Shown piece by piece: positions 55,297 through 64,000 of a stretch of 64,000 bases of DNA. Where the stretch lies: positions 39,151 to 103,150 of IMG/VR virus record IMGVR_UViG_3300021426_000003. One strand, given 5' to 3'. The notes under the pieces are model-generated. The model worked only from the letters and a program-made list of their open reading frames with translations. It ran no database searches and was not told the origin of the DNA. The number at the start of each line of letters is the position of its first letter. Position 1 is the first letter of the stretch. Source of the stretch: a virus. The position numbers and the translations under genes are program-made.

Positions 55297-55812
55297 ATGA
55301 AAACAGGAATTGGTTATAAATTATTCGAGATGAACTCCGAAGGAAAATTGTTTCCACTATTCATTGGCAAGACAAAAGAAACCGAATTAAACAAATGGTT
55401 ACATGCAGAATATATTCCAACTAAAGGATTTGCTTGCAGAGGTGGTTGGCATATTGGAACTATTCCTTCCGCACCTTGGTTAATATCTGCTGATGGAACA
55501 TATAAATCTCAGCGTTCTAAATACTGGAAAAGAGTATGGTGTGAAGTTCAGTATAATGCAAATCATAATTATGACGAAGAAGTAAATCTTCTTCCTAAAA
55601 AATGTTTTGTAGATAAATGCCCCGAAAACGGTTTTTATTTCTTCAAAGAAACAGGAAACAGAATCTGGGTTATTACATCTGATATAAAAGTAAATAAAAT
55701 ACTCACAGAAACTGAAAGGAAACAAATTCTTGAAGCTGAAGGATTTGATGAAGCTAAAGAATTTGAACCTTATAGATTAGCAATGATGAAACGTATGAAG
55801 AAAGGAGCTTAA
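55297..55812 (+). CDS. hypothetical protein
   Basis: AAAAGGAGG RBS; 171 aa. Confidence 0.5.
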   Translation: MKTGIGYKLFEMNSEGKLFPLFIGKTKETELNKWLHAEYIPTKGFACRGGWHIGTIPSAPWLISADGTYKSQRSKYWKRVWCEVQYNANHNYDEEVNLLPKKCFVDKCPENGFYFFKETGNRIWVITSDIKVNKILTETERKQILEAEGFDEAKEFEPYRLAMMKRMKKGA

Positions 55813-55813
55813 C

Positions 55814-56134
55814 ATGAAGAAATTTAATTATGTAATTTATCAGGTCAGAGTAGAAAGTGATTTCGCTTTTATGAGATGGGAATGGTCTAAAAATCATAAT
55901 TGGTCATTTAGACCCTATCGTTCCGTATGGAACGGAACTGAAGAAGCGAAAGATGATTATGATTTACTTAATCGTCTTTTTGAAATCTTCAACCTTAATC
56001 ATCCCGAAGGATATAGAGCACATTCAATGAGTGTAAGCGATGTTGTAAGAATTAATGATGGAAATGAAATTAAATATTATTATTGTGATTCTTTCGGTTG
56101 GGTAGATATTACAGAAGAAGTGAAAGGAGAATAA
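55814..56134 (+). CDS. hypothetical protein
   Basis: GAAAGGAG RBS; 106 aa. Confidence 0.45.
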   Translation: MKKFNYVIYQVRVESDFAFMRWEWSKNHNWSFRPYRSVWNGTEEAKDDYDLLNRLFEIFNLNHPEGYRAHSMSVSDVVRINDGNEIKYYYCDSFGWVDITEEVKGE

Positions 56135-56136
56135 TT

Positions 56137-56553
56137 ATGGAATTTATTTGGAAAATGACAGAAGAGAACTGGAAAAACATGAAACATGATATGAATATAA
56201 ATAATTACAACAACTGGTCAAAAGATTATGACTTTTATGGTCAAATGTTTGTTGGTGATTATTGTATTGAATTTAAAGTTGTTGAAGGTGATGCTTTTAC
56301 TGAGATATACCAATTATTTATTGATAATAATTATGCATATGAAATGACAGGTAACAGATATACAACAATTGATGGAACACCTTATGATTTAGTCAGTGCT
56401 CAGATTGATATTCCCAAAGCAGATAATTTTGAAGGATTTAAAATACTTTGTGAAAAAGATTTTATTTCTAAAATTAACATTTATTTTTATAAAGAATTTG
56501 CTGATAAAAAATGTGAATGGATGGGTAATGAAATTCATATGAATGATTATTAA
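56137..56553 (+). CDS. hypothetical protein
   Basis: ATG at 56137 with a GAAAGGAG RBS (shorter than the track ORF). Confidence 0.45.
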   Translation: MEFIWKMTEENWKNMKHDMNINNYNNWSKDYDFYGQMFVGDYCIEFKVVEGDAFTEIYQLFIDNNYAYEMTGNRYTTIDGTPYDLVSAQIDIPKADNFEGFKILCEKDFISKINIYFYKEFADKKCEWMGNEIHMNDY

Positions 56554-56571
56554 AAAGATGAGGAAAATAAA

Positions 56572-56862
56572 ATGAAGGTAAGAAAAAAAGAAGAAATCGT
56601 TGAATTAAAAAATAAAGTAGAAGATTTTTATGAATGGGCATGTGAATTGCCTACTTATGAAAACAGAGAAGGAAGAGCAGCTCAAGCTCATGCAATACTC
56701 TCAGTACTAGATTGGGTACTTGGAGATGATGAAGATATACAAGCTTATACAATTGATGCAGGAGATGATTTCACAAATTGTATTGATACATGGGAAGATT
56801 TTTATAGAATGCTCACAAGAGAAAAACAAATGAATGAAGACGAAGAGGAGGAGGATGAATAA
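56572..56862 (+). CDS. hypothetical acidic protein
   Basis: 96 aa ending EDEEEEDE. Confidence 0.45.
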   Translation: MKVRKKEEIVELKNKVEDFYEWACELPTYENREGRAAQAHAILSVLDWVLGDDEDIQAYTIDAGDDFTNCIDTWEDFYRMLTREKQMNEDEEEEDE

Positions 56863-57372
56863 ATGGCAACAATCAAAATTAGAAAAAGATATGAAGACAA
56901 TGGTTATGTCGTTTACGCACCAGAAGATGAAATGACATTCTGTAATATATGTGGTAAACCTGTTCTTCGTGGTATGACAACAGATGATGGAGACTGCCAT
57001 GTTCATGAAGATTGTTTTGAAAAGTATATGGATGATAAATATGGCAAAGGTAAATGGAAAGGTGTTGATGAATTTCCAGATTATGAATTTCCTGATGACG
57101 ACGGATATGGTGGTTATTATGTTTATCTTGATGAAGATAACGAATGGATAGGAACAGGTATTTATTATACAGAATGGGAAGATGAATTTGATGTTGAATG
57201 GTCTTATGATAGAGTTCCTAAAAATACATATAATTTTTATGTAAATAGAGATGATAATGGAAATATTAAATTTATTATTGCTTTTAATGGATTGGATAAT
57301 GAGGGAAATAATACATATATTACATTTGAAAATCCTACTGAAGACGAAATTAAATGGGAGGTAATAGAATGA
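56863..57372 (+). CDS. hypothetical protein with a CxxC...C..H zinc-binding-like N-terminus
   Basis: GAGGAGGAGG RBS; CNICGKP...DCHVHEDC. Confidence 0.5.
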   Translation: MATIKIRKRYEDNGYVVYAPEDEMTFCNICGKPVLRGMTTDDGDCHVHEDCFEKYMDDKYGKGKWKGVDEFPDYEFPDDDGYGGYYVYLDEDNEWIGTGIYYTEWEDEFDVEWSYDRVPKNTYNFYVNRDDNGNIKFIIAFNGLDNEGNNTYITFENPTEDEIKWEVIE

Positions 57373-57662
57373 ATTATAAAGAATTAATGCATACCAAGAC
57401 ATATGATGAAATGACTGAAGAAGAACTTGCTTTTTGTATCGCAACAGAAATTGATTATTACAGAAATAAGGTAAATGAATTAAGAGGAGAGGATGTTCCA
57501 GAATATAAAATTAGTGCTTATATTTACGACTTATGGCAAGACTATTTAATTGCTGATGACGTTGAATTAGCTGAAGCATACAATATCTCAGATGAAGATT
57601 GGGCAAAAGGACTTGATTATTGGTGGTATGTTATGGACGAACCAAATCCTTTAAAAGATTAA
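57369..57662 (+). CDS. hypothetical protein
   Basis: ATG at 57369 with a GGGAGG RBS. Confidence 0.45.
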   Translation: MNYKELMHTKTYDEMTEEELAFCIATEIDYYRNKVNELRGEDVPEYKISAYIYDLWQDYLIADDVELAEAYNISDEDWAKGLDYWWYVMDEPNPLKD

Positions 57663-57680
57663 ATAGAAAGGAATAAGGAA

Positions 57681-57908
57681 ATGGATTATAAATACAGAGT
57701 AGATTTTTATTATTGGAACTGTGAATCTGGTTTTAGTCATGTGGAAACGATTGAAAATACTAATACATTTAGTAAGGCAAAAGAGTATGTAAATAATATT
57801 GATATGGATTATTTTATTGAAATTCCATATGATGCAATCTGGGTTAAGATTGTAGATAATGAAAATGATTATGTACTGGATGACTATTGGTGGGATTTAG
57901 AAAATTAA
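57681..57908 (+). CDS. hypothetical small protein
   Basis: AAAGGAA RBS; 75 aa. Confidence 0.4.
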   Translation: MDYKYRVDFYYWNCESGFSHVETIENTNTFSKAKEYVNNIDMDYFIEIPYDAIWVKIVDNENDYVLDDYWWDLEN

Positions 57909-57921
57909 AAAGGAGAATAAT

Positions 57922-58194
57922 ATGATTAATAAAGAAATAGAATTCAAAATTTCATATAATGCAATGATGAATATGATTGATGCATATGCTAATGTAAAAG
58001 CATTTTGTTTAGATAGAGAAGAAGAATGTGCAAATGAAGAAGAATATTGGGATTTAGAAGATAGTCCTAATTATAATTATTATCGTGGTAAAGCTGAAAT
58101 GGCAGAAAATTGGTTAAGAGTGTGTGGAGTAAGTCCAGAATCTAACATTGTTCAAGATAAAATTAATAGTTATTTACAGTACAAGGAGGATTAA
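57922..58194 (+). CDS. hypothetical protein
   Basis: AAAAGGAG RBS; 90 aa. Confidence 0.45.
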   Translation: MINKEIEFKISYNAMMNMIDAYANVKAFCLDREEECANEEEYWDLEDSPNYNYYRGKAEMAENWLRVCGVSPESNIVQDKINSYLQYKED

Positions 58195-58197
58195 ATT

Positions 58198-58506
58198 ATG
58201 GCAAGAAAAGCAAAAAGAAATTATAACAAAGGTGTTTACAGATTGCTTTATGTATATCCCGATAAAACAAAATTTGATTTAGTTCTTACACATTCTGTTG
58301 ATGGCGACCCTAACGGAAAAGGATTGAATGCAGATTTTGTTTTTGCTGAAAATATTAATTGGGAACAGCTTAAGGAAGAAATTAAAAAGAATAAAATAAC
58401 CAGAGCAATTTGGTTTTCTAATCGTGAAGATGGTTATGCGATGCCGAAAGATGTAATAAGTGGTAAACATGCAGGTGTAATTATTGTTGCTGATGATATT
58501 TGGTAA
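58198..58506 (+). CDS. hypothetical protein
   Basis: CAAGGAGG RBS; 102 aa. Confidence 0.45.
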   Translation: MARKAKRNYNKGVYRLLYVYPDKTKFDLVLTHSVDGDPNGKGLNADFVFAENINWEQLKEEIKKNKITRAIWFSNREDGYAMPKDVISGKHAGVIIVADDIW

Positions 58507-58520
58507 AGGAGGAAAATAAT

Positions 58521-58778
58521 ATGAATAGAATAGAAGATAAAAGAAATGTATTTAACTTGATTTTTAAAGATAATAATTATGAAGATTGGTATATTACTTT
58601 ACATACAACAGAATTAAAAACCGAAGAAGAAATCATGTCTTTGATTAATTATTACAGTGAAATAAATGATAGAAACTATATAGATTATTCACCAGTAAAT
58701 ATCATGGATGATTTATGTGAAGACAATGAAGGATGGTATTGGACAGATATGGAATATGTTGAAATTAATGCATGGTAA
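58521..58778 (+). CDS. hypothetical protein
   Basis: ATG at 58521 with an AAAGGAGG RBS. Confidence 0.45.
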   Translation: MNRIEDKRNVFNLIFKDNNYEDWYITLHTTELKTEEEIMSLINYYSEINDRNYIDYSPVNIMDDLCEDNEGWYWTDMEYVEINAW

Positions 58779-58790
58779 AGGAGGAGAGAA

Positions 58791-58976
58791 ATGGATAAAT
58801 ACAATGATATTATCAATTTGAAATTTACTAAGGCAGAAGGTGTTACACTTGGGCAGATTTTAATGGAAGCAATTAGTAAAAGAACTTATGAACCCGACAA
58901 CGTAAATGTCGAATGGTTGTGGGCTATAATGGAAATGCTTTCTGAAAAAATGCAGGAACACGAGGAGGATGAATAA
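58791..58976 (+). CDS. hypothetical small protein
   Basis: AAAGGAGGAG RBS; 61 aa. Confidence 0.4.
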   Translation: MDKYNDIINLKFTKAEGVTLGQILMEAISKRTYEPDNVNVEWLWAIMEMLSEKMQEHEEDE

Positions 58977-59245
58977 TGACTTTATATTTAATTACTTATG
59001 ATTTAGATAATACACAATTCTTAGTTAATGCAAATGATGAAAGAGATGCCATTGAATTGGCTATAGAGCAAAATTTTTCGGAAAAATTCTTAGGAAGTTA
59101 TGATGATGAATCAGATGCAATTGAAATGAAAAAGATTACAAACTATACAATTGAATTTATTGGTGATTTTGAATCACTTTGTGAAATTATTAAAAGAGAA
59201 GATTGGTTAGGAAATACACCCAATGTAATGATTTTTAGAGGCTGA
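58976..59245 (+). CDS. hypothetical protein
   Basis: ATG overlaps the upstream stop; GAGGAGG RBS. Confidence 0.45.
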   Translation: MTLYLITYDLDNTQFLVNANDERDAIELAIEQNFSEKFLGSYDDESDAIEMKKITNYTIEFIGDFESLCEIIKREDWLGNTPNVMIFRG

Positions 59246-59265
59246 AGATAAAAGGAGAACATAAT

Positions 59266-59655
59266 ATGAATACACTTACAAGAACAAGAGAAGAAGCAAT
59301 TGATATTCTAATTGGCAATGAAATCTTTGATAAAGAAACAATTAATGAACATAATAAGGCAAGTGAATTTTATATTAAACATCTTATGGAAGGATGGGAC
59401 ATCTGCGATATTGATAGGATGGCTCATCTTAATACATTATTTGGTTATGATATTGGAGTATATAACTGGAGTGAAATAGATTCTGAATTGTGGGGAAATG
59501 AAAAGTATCAAGATGAAACAGGATGCGGTGTAGAAATTATGGAACTTAGTTATAAAGATAAAGAATTTATTCGGAATGTGTGTAAAGAAATTGGTCTTGA
59601 TTTGTCATTTGATAAATGGAGAACAGAAGATTTCAACTGTTACGAATATTATTGA
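59266..59655 (+). CDS. hypothetical protein
   Basis: AAAAGGAG RBS; 129 aa. Confidence 0.5.
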   Translation: MNTLTRTREEAIDILIGNEIFDKETINEHNKASEFYIKHLMEGWDICDIDRMAHLNTLFGYDIGVYNWSEIDSELWGNEKYQDETGCGVEIMELSYKDKEFIRNVCKEIGLDLSFDKWRTEDFNCYEYY

Positions 59656-59670
59656 TTGGAGGTAAACGAA

Positions 59671-60234
59671 ATGAAATACGCAGAAATCAATAGAAGATTT
59701 ACAGACAAAGTAAATGAATACTTAGCAAATGGTTATATAATTAATTCGGCTACAATGTCTGGTTCTCAAGGAGAAGTTGCTAAAATTGATTTAACTAATG
59801 ATAATGAAATTATTCGTATTATGATTGATGAATGTTGGGAAAATCATCATGCATATAATGGATATGAAATTATTGTAGGAAGAGCGGTTAATGCAGAAGA
59901 TAAAATTAATTCATATGGTTCTTTTAGGACAATTTGGAGTAAAGACCTTATTAAAGTTTATTCCGAAAAATTTTATCATGCTGACCATCATAAATATAAA
60001 GATTGGTTTGTTACAAAAGAAGAAGCAAAAAATAATTCTAAAATAAGAGAAGAAAGAATTAAAATGCGTAGATGTTCATTTAAATCGTTACCAGATAAAG
60101 CAAAAGATATCGCTCTTAAGTTTGTAAGAAAACAGCCTAAATGTTCACGAGCCAGAAAAGAAAGTATACGAATTGATAAAGTTAATAATAAATATTTTAT
60201 TTATTATAGAAACAACTGTTGGGAACTTAAATAA
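59671..60234 (+). CDS. hypothetical protein
   Basis: ATG at 59671 with a TTGGAGG RBS. Confidence 0.5.
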   Translation: MKYAEINRRFTDKVNEYLANGYIINSATMSGSQGEVAKIDLTNDNEIIRIMIDECWENHHAYNGYEIIVGRAVNAEDKINSYGSFRTIWSKDLIKVYSEKFYHADHHKYKDWFVTKEEAKNNSKIREERIKMRRCSFKSLPDKAKDIALKFVRKQPKCSRARKESIRIDKVNNKYFIYYRNNCWELK

Positions 60235-60251
60235 AAACGGAGGTAAGCGAA

Positions 60252-60461
60252 ATGAAAAAATCTTTACAAAATACAATTGAAAAAGCTAGAACCTATAGCA
60301 AGAACTTTCCTGATACTATTGTATATGTGGTAGATAAATATCGTTGTAAGCCTAAGATGTATACAATAGGATGGTTGGCTATGCACGCTATTAATTGTGA
60401 AGGTTATTACCCTGTAGCAACTTTTAAAAATGGTAAGAGACATGATATTAAAGAAGATTAA
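60252..60461 (+). CDS. hypothetical small protein
   Basis: ACGGAGG RBS; 69 aa. Confidence 0.4.
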   Translation: MKKSLQNTIEKARTYSKNFPDTIVYVVDKYRCKPKMYTIGWLAMHAINCEGYYPVATFKNGKRHDIKED

Positions 60462-60473
60462 GAAGGAAATAAA

Positions 60474-60668
60474 ATGAACGAAATTAAAAATGGAATAACA
60501 ACAAGACTTGGAGTAATTGAAGTAGAAGATTTTGAAAAGATTGTCAAAATATTTGGATTTGAACATCCAGTGGTTACAGCTGTATGGAATACAATGGAAG
60601 CTAATCCTAATAATCAAGAAGAATTTGAAATTATTTATCATAGACATGTAGCTGGTAAATATAATTAA
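60474..60668 (+). CDS. hypothetical small protein
   Basis: GAAGGAA RBS; 64 aa. Confidence 0.4.
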   Translation: MNEIKNGITTRLGVIEVEDFEKIVKIFGFEHPVVTAVWNTMEANPNNQEEFEIIYHRHVAGKYN

Positions 60669-60696
60669 ATAAATTAAAAGAAAAGGAGATTTAAAA

Positions 60697-61116
60697 ATGG
60701 AAGACAATAGAAATGAAATGCTGTATATTACCACATATGCCGATGATACTGGACTGTTTAGTGAAAGAGAATGTGATTTTGATAATAGTGTTGGATTTAA
60801 AGTACCTAGATGGATAATTGAAGAATGGCTTAAAGTCGGTGAAGCGGTTGGATTTGATGATTATGATTCTTTTGAAGATTGGTATAATAATTATATCCAT
60901 GATGAATTGATTGGATTTTATGATTTCTGTATTATTAAAGGATTTGTACCGAATATTTTGAATTCAGATAAGGAAGTAGAAAATAAAGTGTTTTATGAAG
61001 ATGATGAGGGAAATAAACAGATTGTATTTGAAGGGACATATGATGAATGCAGGAGATTTGGTAAGATGCAGAATTGGAGTTGTCTTGGACATGATTTGCA
61101 GTTGGAAATTGAATAA
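60697..61116 (+). CDS. hypothetical acidic protein
   Basis: AAAAGGAG RBS; 139 aa. Confidence 0.5.
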   Translation: MEDNRNEMLYITTYADDTGLFSERECDFDNSVGFKVPRWIIEEWLKVGEAVGFDDYDSFEDWYNNYIHDELIGFYDFCIIKGFVPNILNSDKEVENKVFYEDDEGNKQIVFEGTYDECRRFGKMQNWSCLGHDLQLEIE

Positions 61117-61214
61117 AATTAATTGTATTTATAATGGTTGTATTTAACAGATATAAATAGTATAATAAAATAGAAGGTAAATAATATATAATTTATAGAT
61201 TTATGGAGGAATAA

Positions 61215-62081
61215 TTGAAAAGTTGGAAAAATAGAAGAAATACATATTGGATATTTATAGCGACAGTTTTTGGTCTTATGTTTCCAAGTAATCAAACGAA
61301 CCATTATAAAAATCTTATTGGTCTTGCTTTTTGTTGGATGTTATATTTATTTTGCTTTATTCGTAATAACCAAGAGGTTGAAGAACAGGAACAAAGAGAA
61401 AGAGAAGAACATCAGAAGCGTGTTAAATTAGAACTTATAAAAAAAGAAAAAGAAGAAATCAAAAAACAAAAAGAAAAGAAGTGGTTTTATGAACATACAG
61501 AATGTCCAAAGATAATTAGTTATATAATGGATAAATATAATAGAGATTGGGAACAAGATTTATATCCAAGAAATGCAAGATATCATATTAATGATATAAA
61601 AAGAAAAATAAAAGCTGAAATAGATAATGAAAAAAGAACAATTCGTAATAATGAAATTACAATAGAACAATTAAAAACATTAAAAGAGATGCATAGTACG
61701 CAATATGAAAAGAATAAGATTGATGATAAAATTGATAGGTGTCAGTGGTGTATTAATAGGTGCAAAGAAAATATTAAAACCATCCCCCAAAAATATGAAT
61801 ATAGAATCACTTTTTATCAAGATGATATAGAACGATACAAAGACCAATGTCGAAAACATGAACAAAAAGCAAACGAATTACTTCAGAATTCCCCAGAAGA
61901 GATAATAAAGGCAATTGATTGTCACTTACATAAGATTGAGGAGGTTAAACAGAGATCTTTAAAGAGTCGTTATGATGATAGAGATATATGGGTAAAACGT
62001 GAAGAAGAGAAATTGCCTTATCTATTACAAGCAAAGTTAGACGCTATAGATAAAATTAAAGAAATGGAGAAAGTACAATGA
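61215..62081 (+). CDS. membrane-anchored coiled-coil protein (TTG start)
   Basis: TTG at 61215 five nt after GGAGG; N-terminal TM segments then an E/K/Q-rich coiled coil; an alternative internal ATG at 61278 lacks an RBS. Confidence 0.45.
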   Translation: MKSWKNRRNTYWIFIATVFGLMFPSNQTNHYKNLIGLAFCWMLYLFCFIRNNQEVEEQEQREREEHQKRVKLELIKKEKEEIKKQKEKKWFYEHTECPKIISYIMDKYNRDWEQDLYPRNARYHINDIKRKIKAEIDNEKRTIRNNEITIEQLKTLKEMHSTQYEKNKIDDKIDRCQWCINRCKENIKTIPQKYEYRITFYQDDIERYKDQCRKHEQKANELLQNSPEEIIKAIDCHLHKIEEVKQRSLKSRYDDRDIWVKREEEKLPYLLQAKLDAIDKIKEMEKVQ

Positions 62082-62632
62082 AAATTAAAGAATATAAATT
62101 AATATCTAAAGAAAAAAATGGAACTTTTCCTCAATTAGAATGTATTGTAGAGCATGAAGTAATATATGATGATGTTTATTTACAATTTTATAATGATAAT
62201 TATGAATTTGAATATATGTTTTTTGGAGACACTTTAAAGCTTCAAAATAATTATACCGAATTCTATTATGTAATGTCATATGATGAATTAAATAATCCAA
62301 TCGGTATTATACAGATATCTTCTGGAGGAAGAGATAAAACAGTAATTCCACTTGAAATTGTTTTTAGTTTTTTATTATTAACAGGAGGAAAATCTTTTAT
62401 TACTATTCATAATCATCCTAATAATAATTCAGATAAATCATATGAAGATATATCAAGTGATAATATTATAAAAAATTTAGCAGAAATGTTGAAAATTGAT
62501 TATAAAAAAGGATTAATTATAACAAAAGAAATAATGGAGGAGTTACATCAAAAAATGTACACATTTATGAAAGAATCAATAAATGATGATGATTTACCAA
62601 CATATGAAGAATGGATAACAATGGAGGAGTAA
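62078..62632 (+). CDS. RadC-like JAB/MPN-domain protein
   Basis: ITIHNHPNNNSDKSYED fits the JAMM H-x-H-x7-S-x2-D motif. Confidence 0.65.
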   Translation: MKIKEYKLISKEKNGTFPQLECIVEHEVIYDDVYLQFYNDNYEFEYMFFGDTLKLQNNYTEFYYVMSYDELNNPIGIIQISSGGRDKTVIPLEIVFSFLLLTGGKSFITIHNHPNNNSDKSYEDISSDNIIKNLAEMLKIDYKKGLIITKEIMEELHQKMYTFMKESINDDDLPTYEEWITMEE

Positions 62633-62634
62633 TA

Positions 62635-63627
62635 ATGAGTGGCAGAAATGATCATGAAATTAGAACAAATAATAATATTGAATGTATATTGAAAGAAAAA
62701 CCAGATAGTTTAAAAAAATATTATTTAAAAATACGGACAACTAAAGAACCATTAACTTGTCTTGAATATATAAGAAAAATTAGTTCTTTTTTTGATTATG
62801 TAAATAAAGATGTAAATAATATTACAGTAAAAGATATCGATGATTATATGAATTCCATTTATTATATTAAAAATAACAAAAATGAACAAAAAAGGTCATC
62901 CAGCTCTTATAGGCAATCAGTTTATTCTGCATTAAATTCCTTTTTTGGATATTTGTATTCAAGAGGCGAAATTGAAAAAAATCCAATGCTTGAAATTGAA
63001 CGTCCAAAAAGTACAGACCATGTTATTAGAAAAGCTTTAGATATAAATGATTTTAATAATATTTTAACTGTTATAAAAAAAGGAGTTGGTTCAGATAGAG
63101 CAAAAGCCAAACAAAAAAGATGGGTTGAAAGAGATTTGCTCATTATGTATTTATTTATGAATACAGGGATGAGAAAAACTGCTTTAAGTGAAATCAATAT
63201 TGAAGATATTGATTTTGAATCTAAAACTCTAACAGTAATTGATAAAAGAAACAAAAAACTAGAGTATAATATAACTAATGAATTGGAAGTTATAATTAAA
63301 AATTGGCTTATAAAAAGAGAAAAAATATTAAATGGTAAACAGTTAAATGCTTTATTTATTTCTGATAAAATGAATCGAATTAGTGAAAGAGCTATATATA
63401 ATTTAGTACAAAAATATTCAGAAGGTGCATTAGGATATGCAATTAGTCCTCATAAATTAAGAGCATCTTTTGTTACTATTTTTTATCAAGCCAGTGGTTG
63501 TGATATAAAAGCGACATGCGAAGCTGTTGGGCATTCTAATATTTCAACAACAAGCTTATATATCGTTAATAAAAATAATTCAAGAAAAAATGCTGCTAAT
63601 TATATGTCATCAAATTTAAAAATTTGA
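62635..63627 (+). CDS. tyrosine site-specific recombinase (XerD/phage-integrase family)
   Basis: C-terminal HKLRASFVTIFYQASGCDIKATCEAVGHSNISTTSLYI matches the H-x-LRH ... LGH-x-x-x-x-T-x-x-Y catalytic box; the ATG at 62635 has a GGAGG RBS. Confidence 0.8.
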   Translation: MSGRNDHEIRTNNNIECILKEKPDSLKKYYLKIRTTKEPLTCLEYIRKISSFFDYVNKDVNNITVKDIDDYMNSIYYIKNNKNEQKRSSSSYRQSVYSALNSFFGYLYSRGEIEKNPMLEIERPKSTDHVIRKALDINDFNNILTVIKKGVGSDRAKAKQKRWVERDLLIMYLFMNTGMRKTALSEINIEDIDFESKTLTVIDKRNKKLEYNITNELEVIIKNWLIKREKILNGKQLNALFISDKMNRISERAIYNLVQKYSEGALGYAISPHKLRASFVTIFYQASGCDIKATCEAVGHSNISTTSLYIVNKNNSRKNAANYMSSNLKI

Positions 63628-63652
63628 TTCAATAAAAAGGGAACTAATTTAA

Positions 63653-63886
63653 ATGACAACTTTTACAACACAATACAGAATAAGATATATAGTACCAACT
63701 ACTAATGATAATAAAGAAATAAGGTCTATTATTTGTAATAATAGATATGAAGTTCAAATTAATATTAATAAGATTATTACTATGAAAGATAAGGGATACA
63801 GTTTTATAGGACTTGATGATAGAATTATTAGTTCTAATAATCTTATTAATGATAATTATGGTTGGAATAAAATATTTAATTTTTAA
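63653..63886 (+). CDS. hypothetical small protein
   Basis: 77-aa ORF with a weak RBS. Confidence 0.35.
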   Translation: MTTFTTQYRIRYIVPTTNDNKEIRSIICNNRYEVQININKIITMKDKGYSFIGLDDRIISSNNLINDNYGWNKIFNF

Positions 63887-63909
63887 TATTAAAAAGGAGA
63901 CTAAAACAA

Positions 63910-64000
63910 ATGACAAAGACAGAACTTATTAAAAATGAAATGATTAAGGCACTTAAAGCACATGATAAGGAAACAAAAGAATCTCTCTCAATGTTACTTC
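63910..64000 (+). CDS. GatB/YqeY-domain-like protein, N-terminal fragment (runs off window)
   Basis: AAAAGGAG RBS; MTKTELIKNEMIKALKAHDKETKESLSMLL resembles the YqeY N-terminus (L-x-x-D-M-K-x-A-M-K-x-K-D-K-x-x-L-S-x-L-R-M). Confidence 0.45.
   Translation, partial: MTKTELIKNEMIKALKAHDKETKESLSMLL

Noticed and set aside
1-64000. Alternative genetic code (stop-codon reassignment), as seen in some AT-rich gut phages
   Set aside because: Standard-code ORFs are long and contiguous throughout (for example 893, 792 and 586 aa) with coupled stops and starts. The two tRNAs are ordinary Thr and Asp, not suppressors.

Overview
This window is an AT-rich (about 30-35% GC) tailed dsDNA phage or prophage segment, with strong AGGAGG-type ribosome-binding sites that suggest a Firmicutes-type host. 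Positions 1-38158 are transcribed almost entirely on the minus strand. Reading from high to low coordinates, the region 13.4-19.9 kb holds a ClpP-like peptidase, a metallophosphoesterase, two tRNAs (Thr and Asp), terminase small and large subunits and the portal. Below that are a scaffold-like protein with an acidic tract, a putative major capsid protein and head-tail genes. A putative major tail protein follows, and its 3' end abuts a group-I-intron-like ribozyme core. Next come a zinc-ribbon/PD-(D/E)xK homing-endonuclease-like gene, a RuvC-like resolvase, tail-chaperone-sized genes and the start of a coiled-coil protein (possibly the tape measure) that runs off the window. The region 20-38 kb (still minus strand) carries accessory genes. 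These include low-complexity Y/G/N/Q-rich proteins, HU, an 893-aa unknown protein, an IscS-like cysteine desulfurase, a CX3CX2C radical-SAM protein, three tandem paralogs with a conserved N-terminus, an SPFH protein, a nicotinamidase-like hydrolase, a Pol-beta nucleotidyltransferase and a nucleoside-2-deoxyribosyltransferase-like protein. The centre (38.2-40.7 kb) is unusual. It holds a DnaA-box cluster with tandem repeats, then a ~0.9 kb GC-rich (~60%) single-gene cassette with its own RBS and a UUCG-tetraloop terminator, then ~1.4 kb of mid-GC non-coding DNA. From 40.7 kb to the end lies a plus-strand block of about 50 small early-type genes with recurring promoter/RBS modules. It also holds a 792-aa protein with a zinc-ribbon-repeat tail, an M20/M28-like peptidase, a second CX3CX2C protein, a RadC-like JAB protein, a tyrosine recombinase and a partial YqeY-like gene. 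No CRISPR array, transposase or recognisable endolysin was found. All product calls come from motif reading only; no searches were run.
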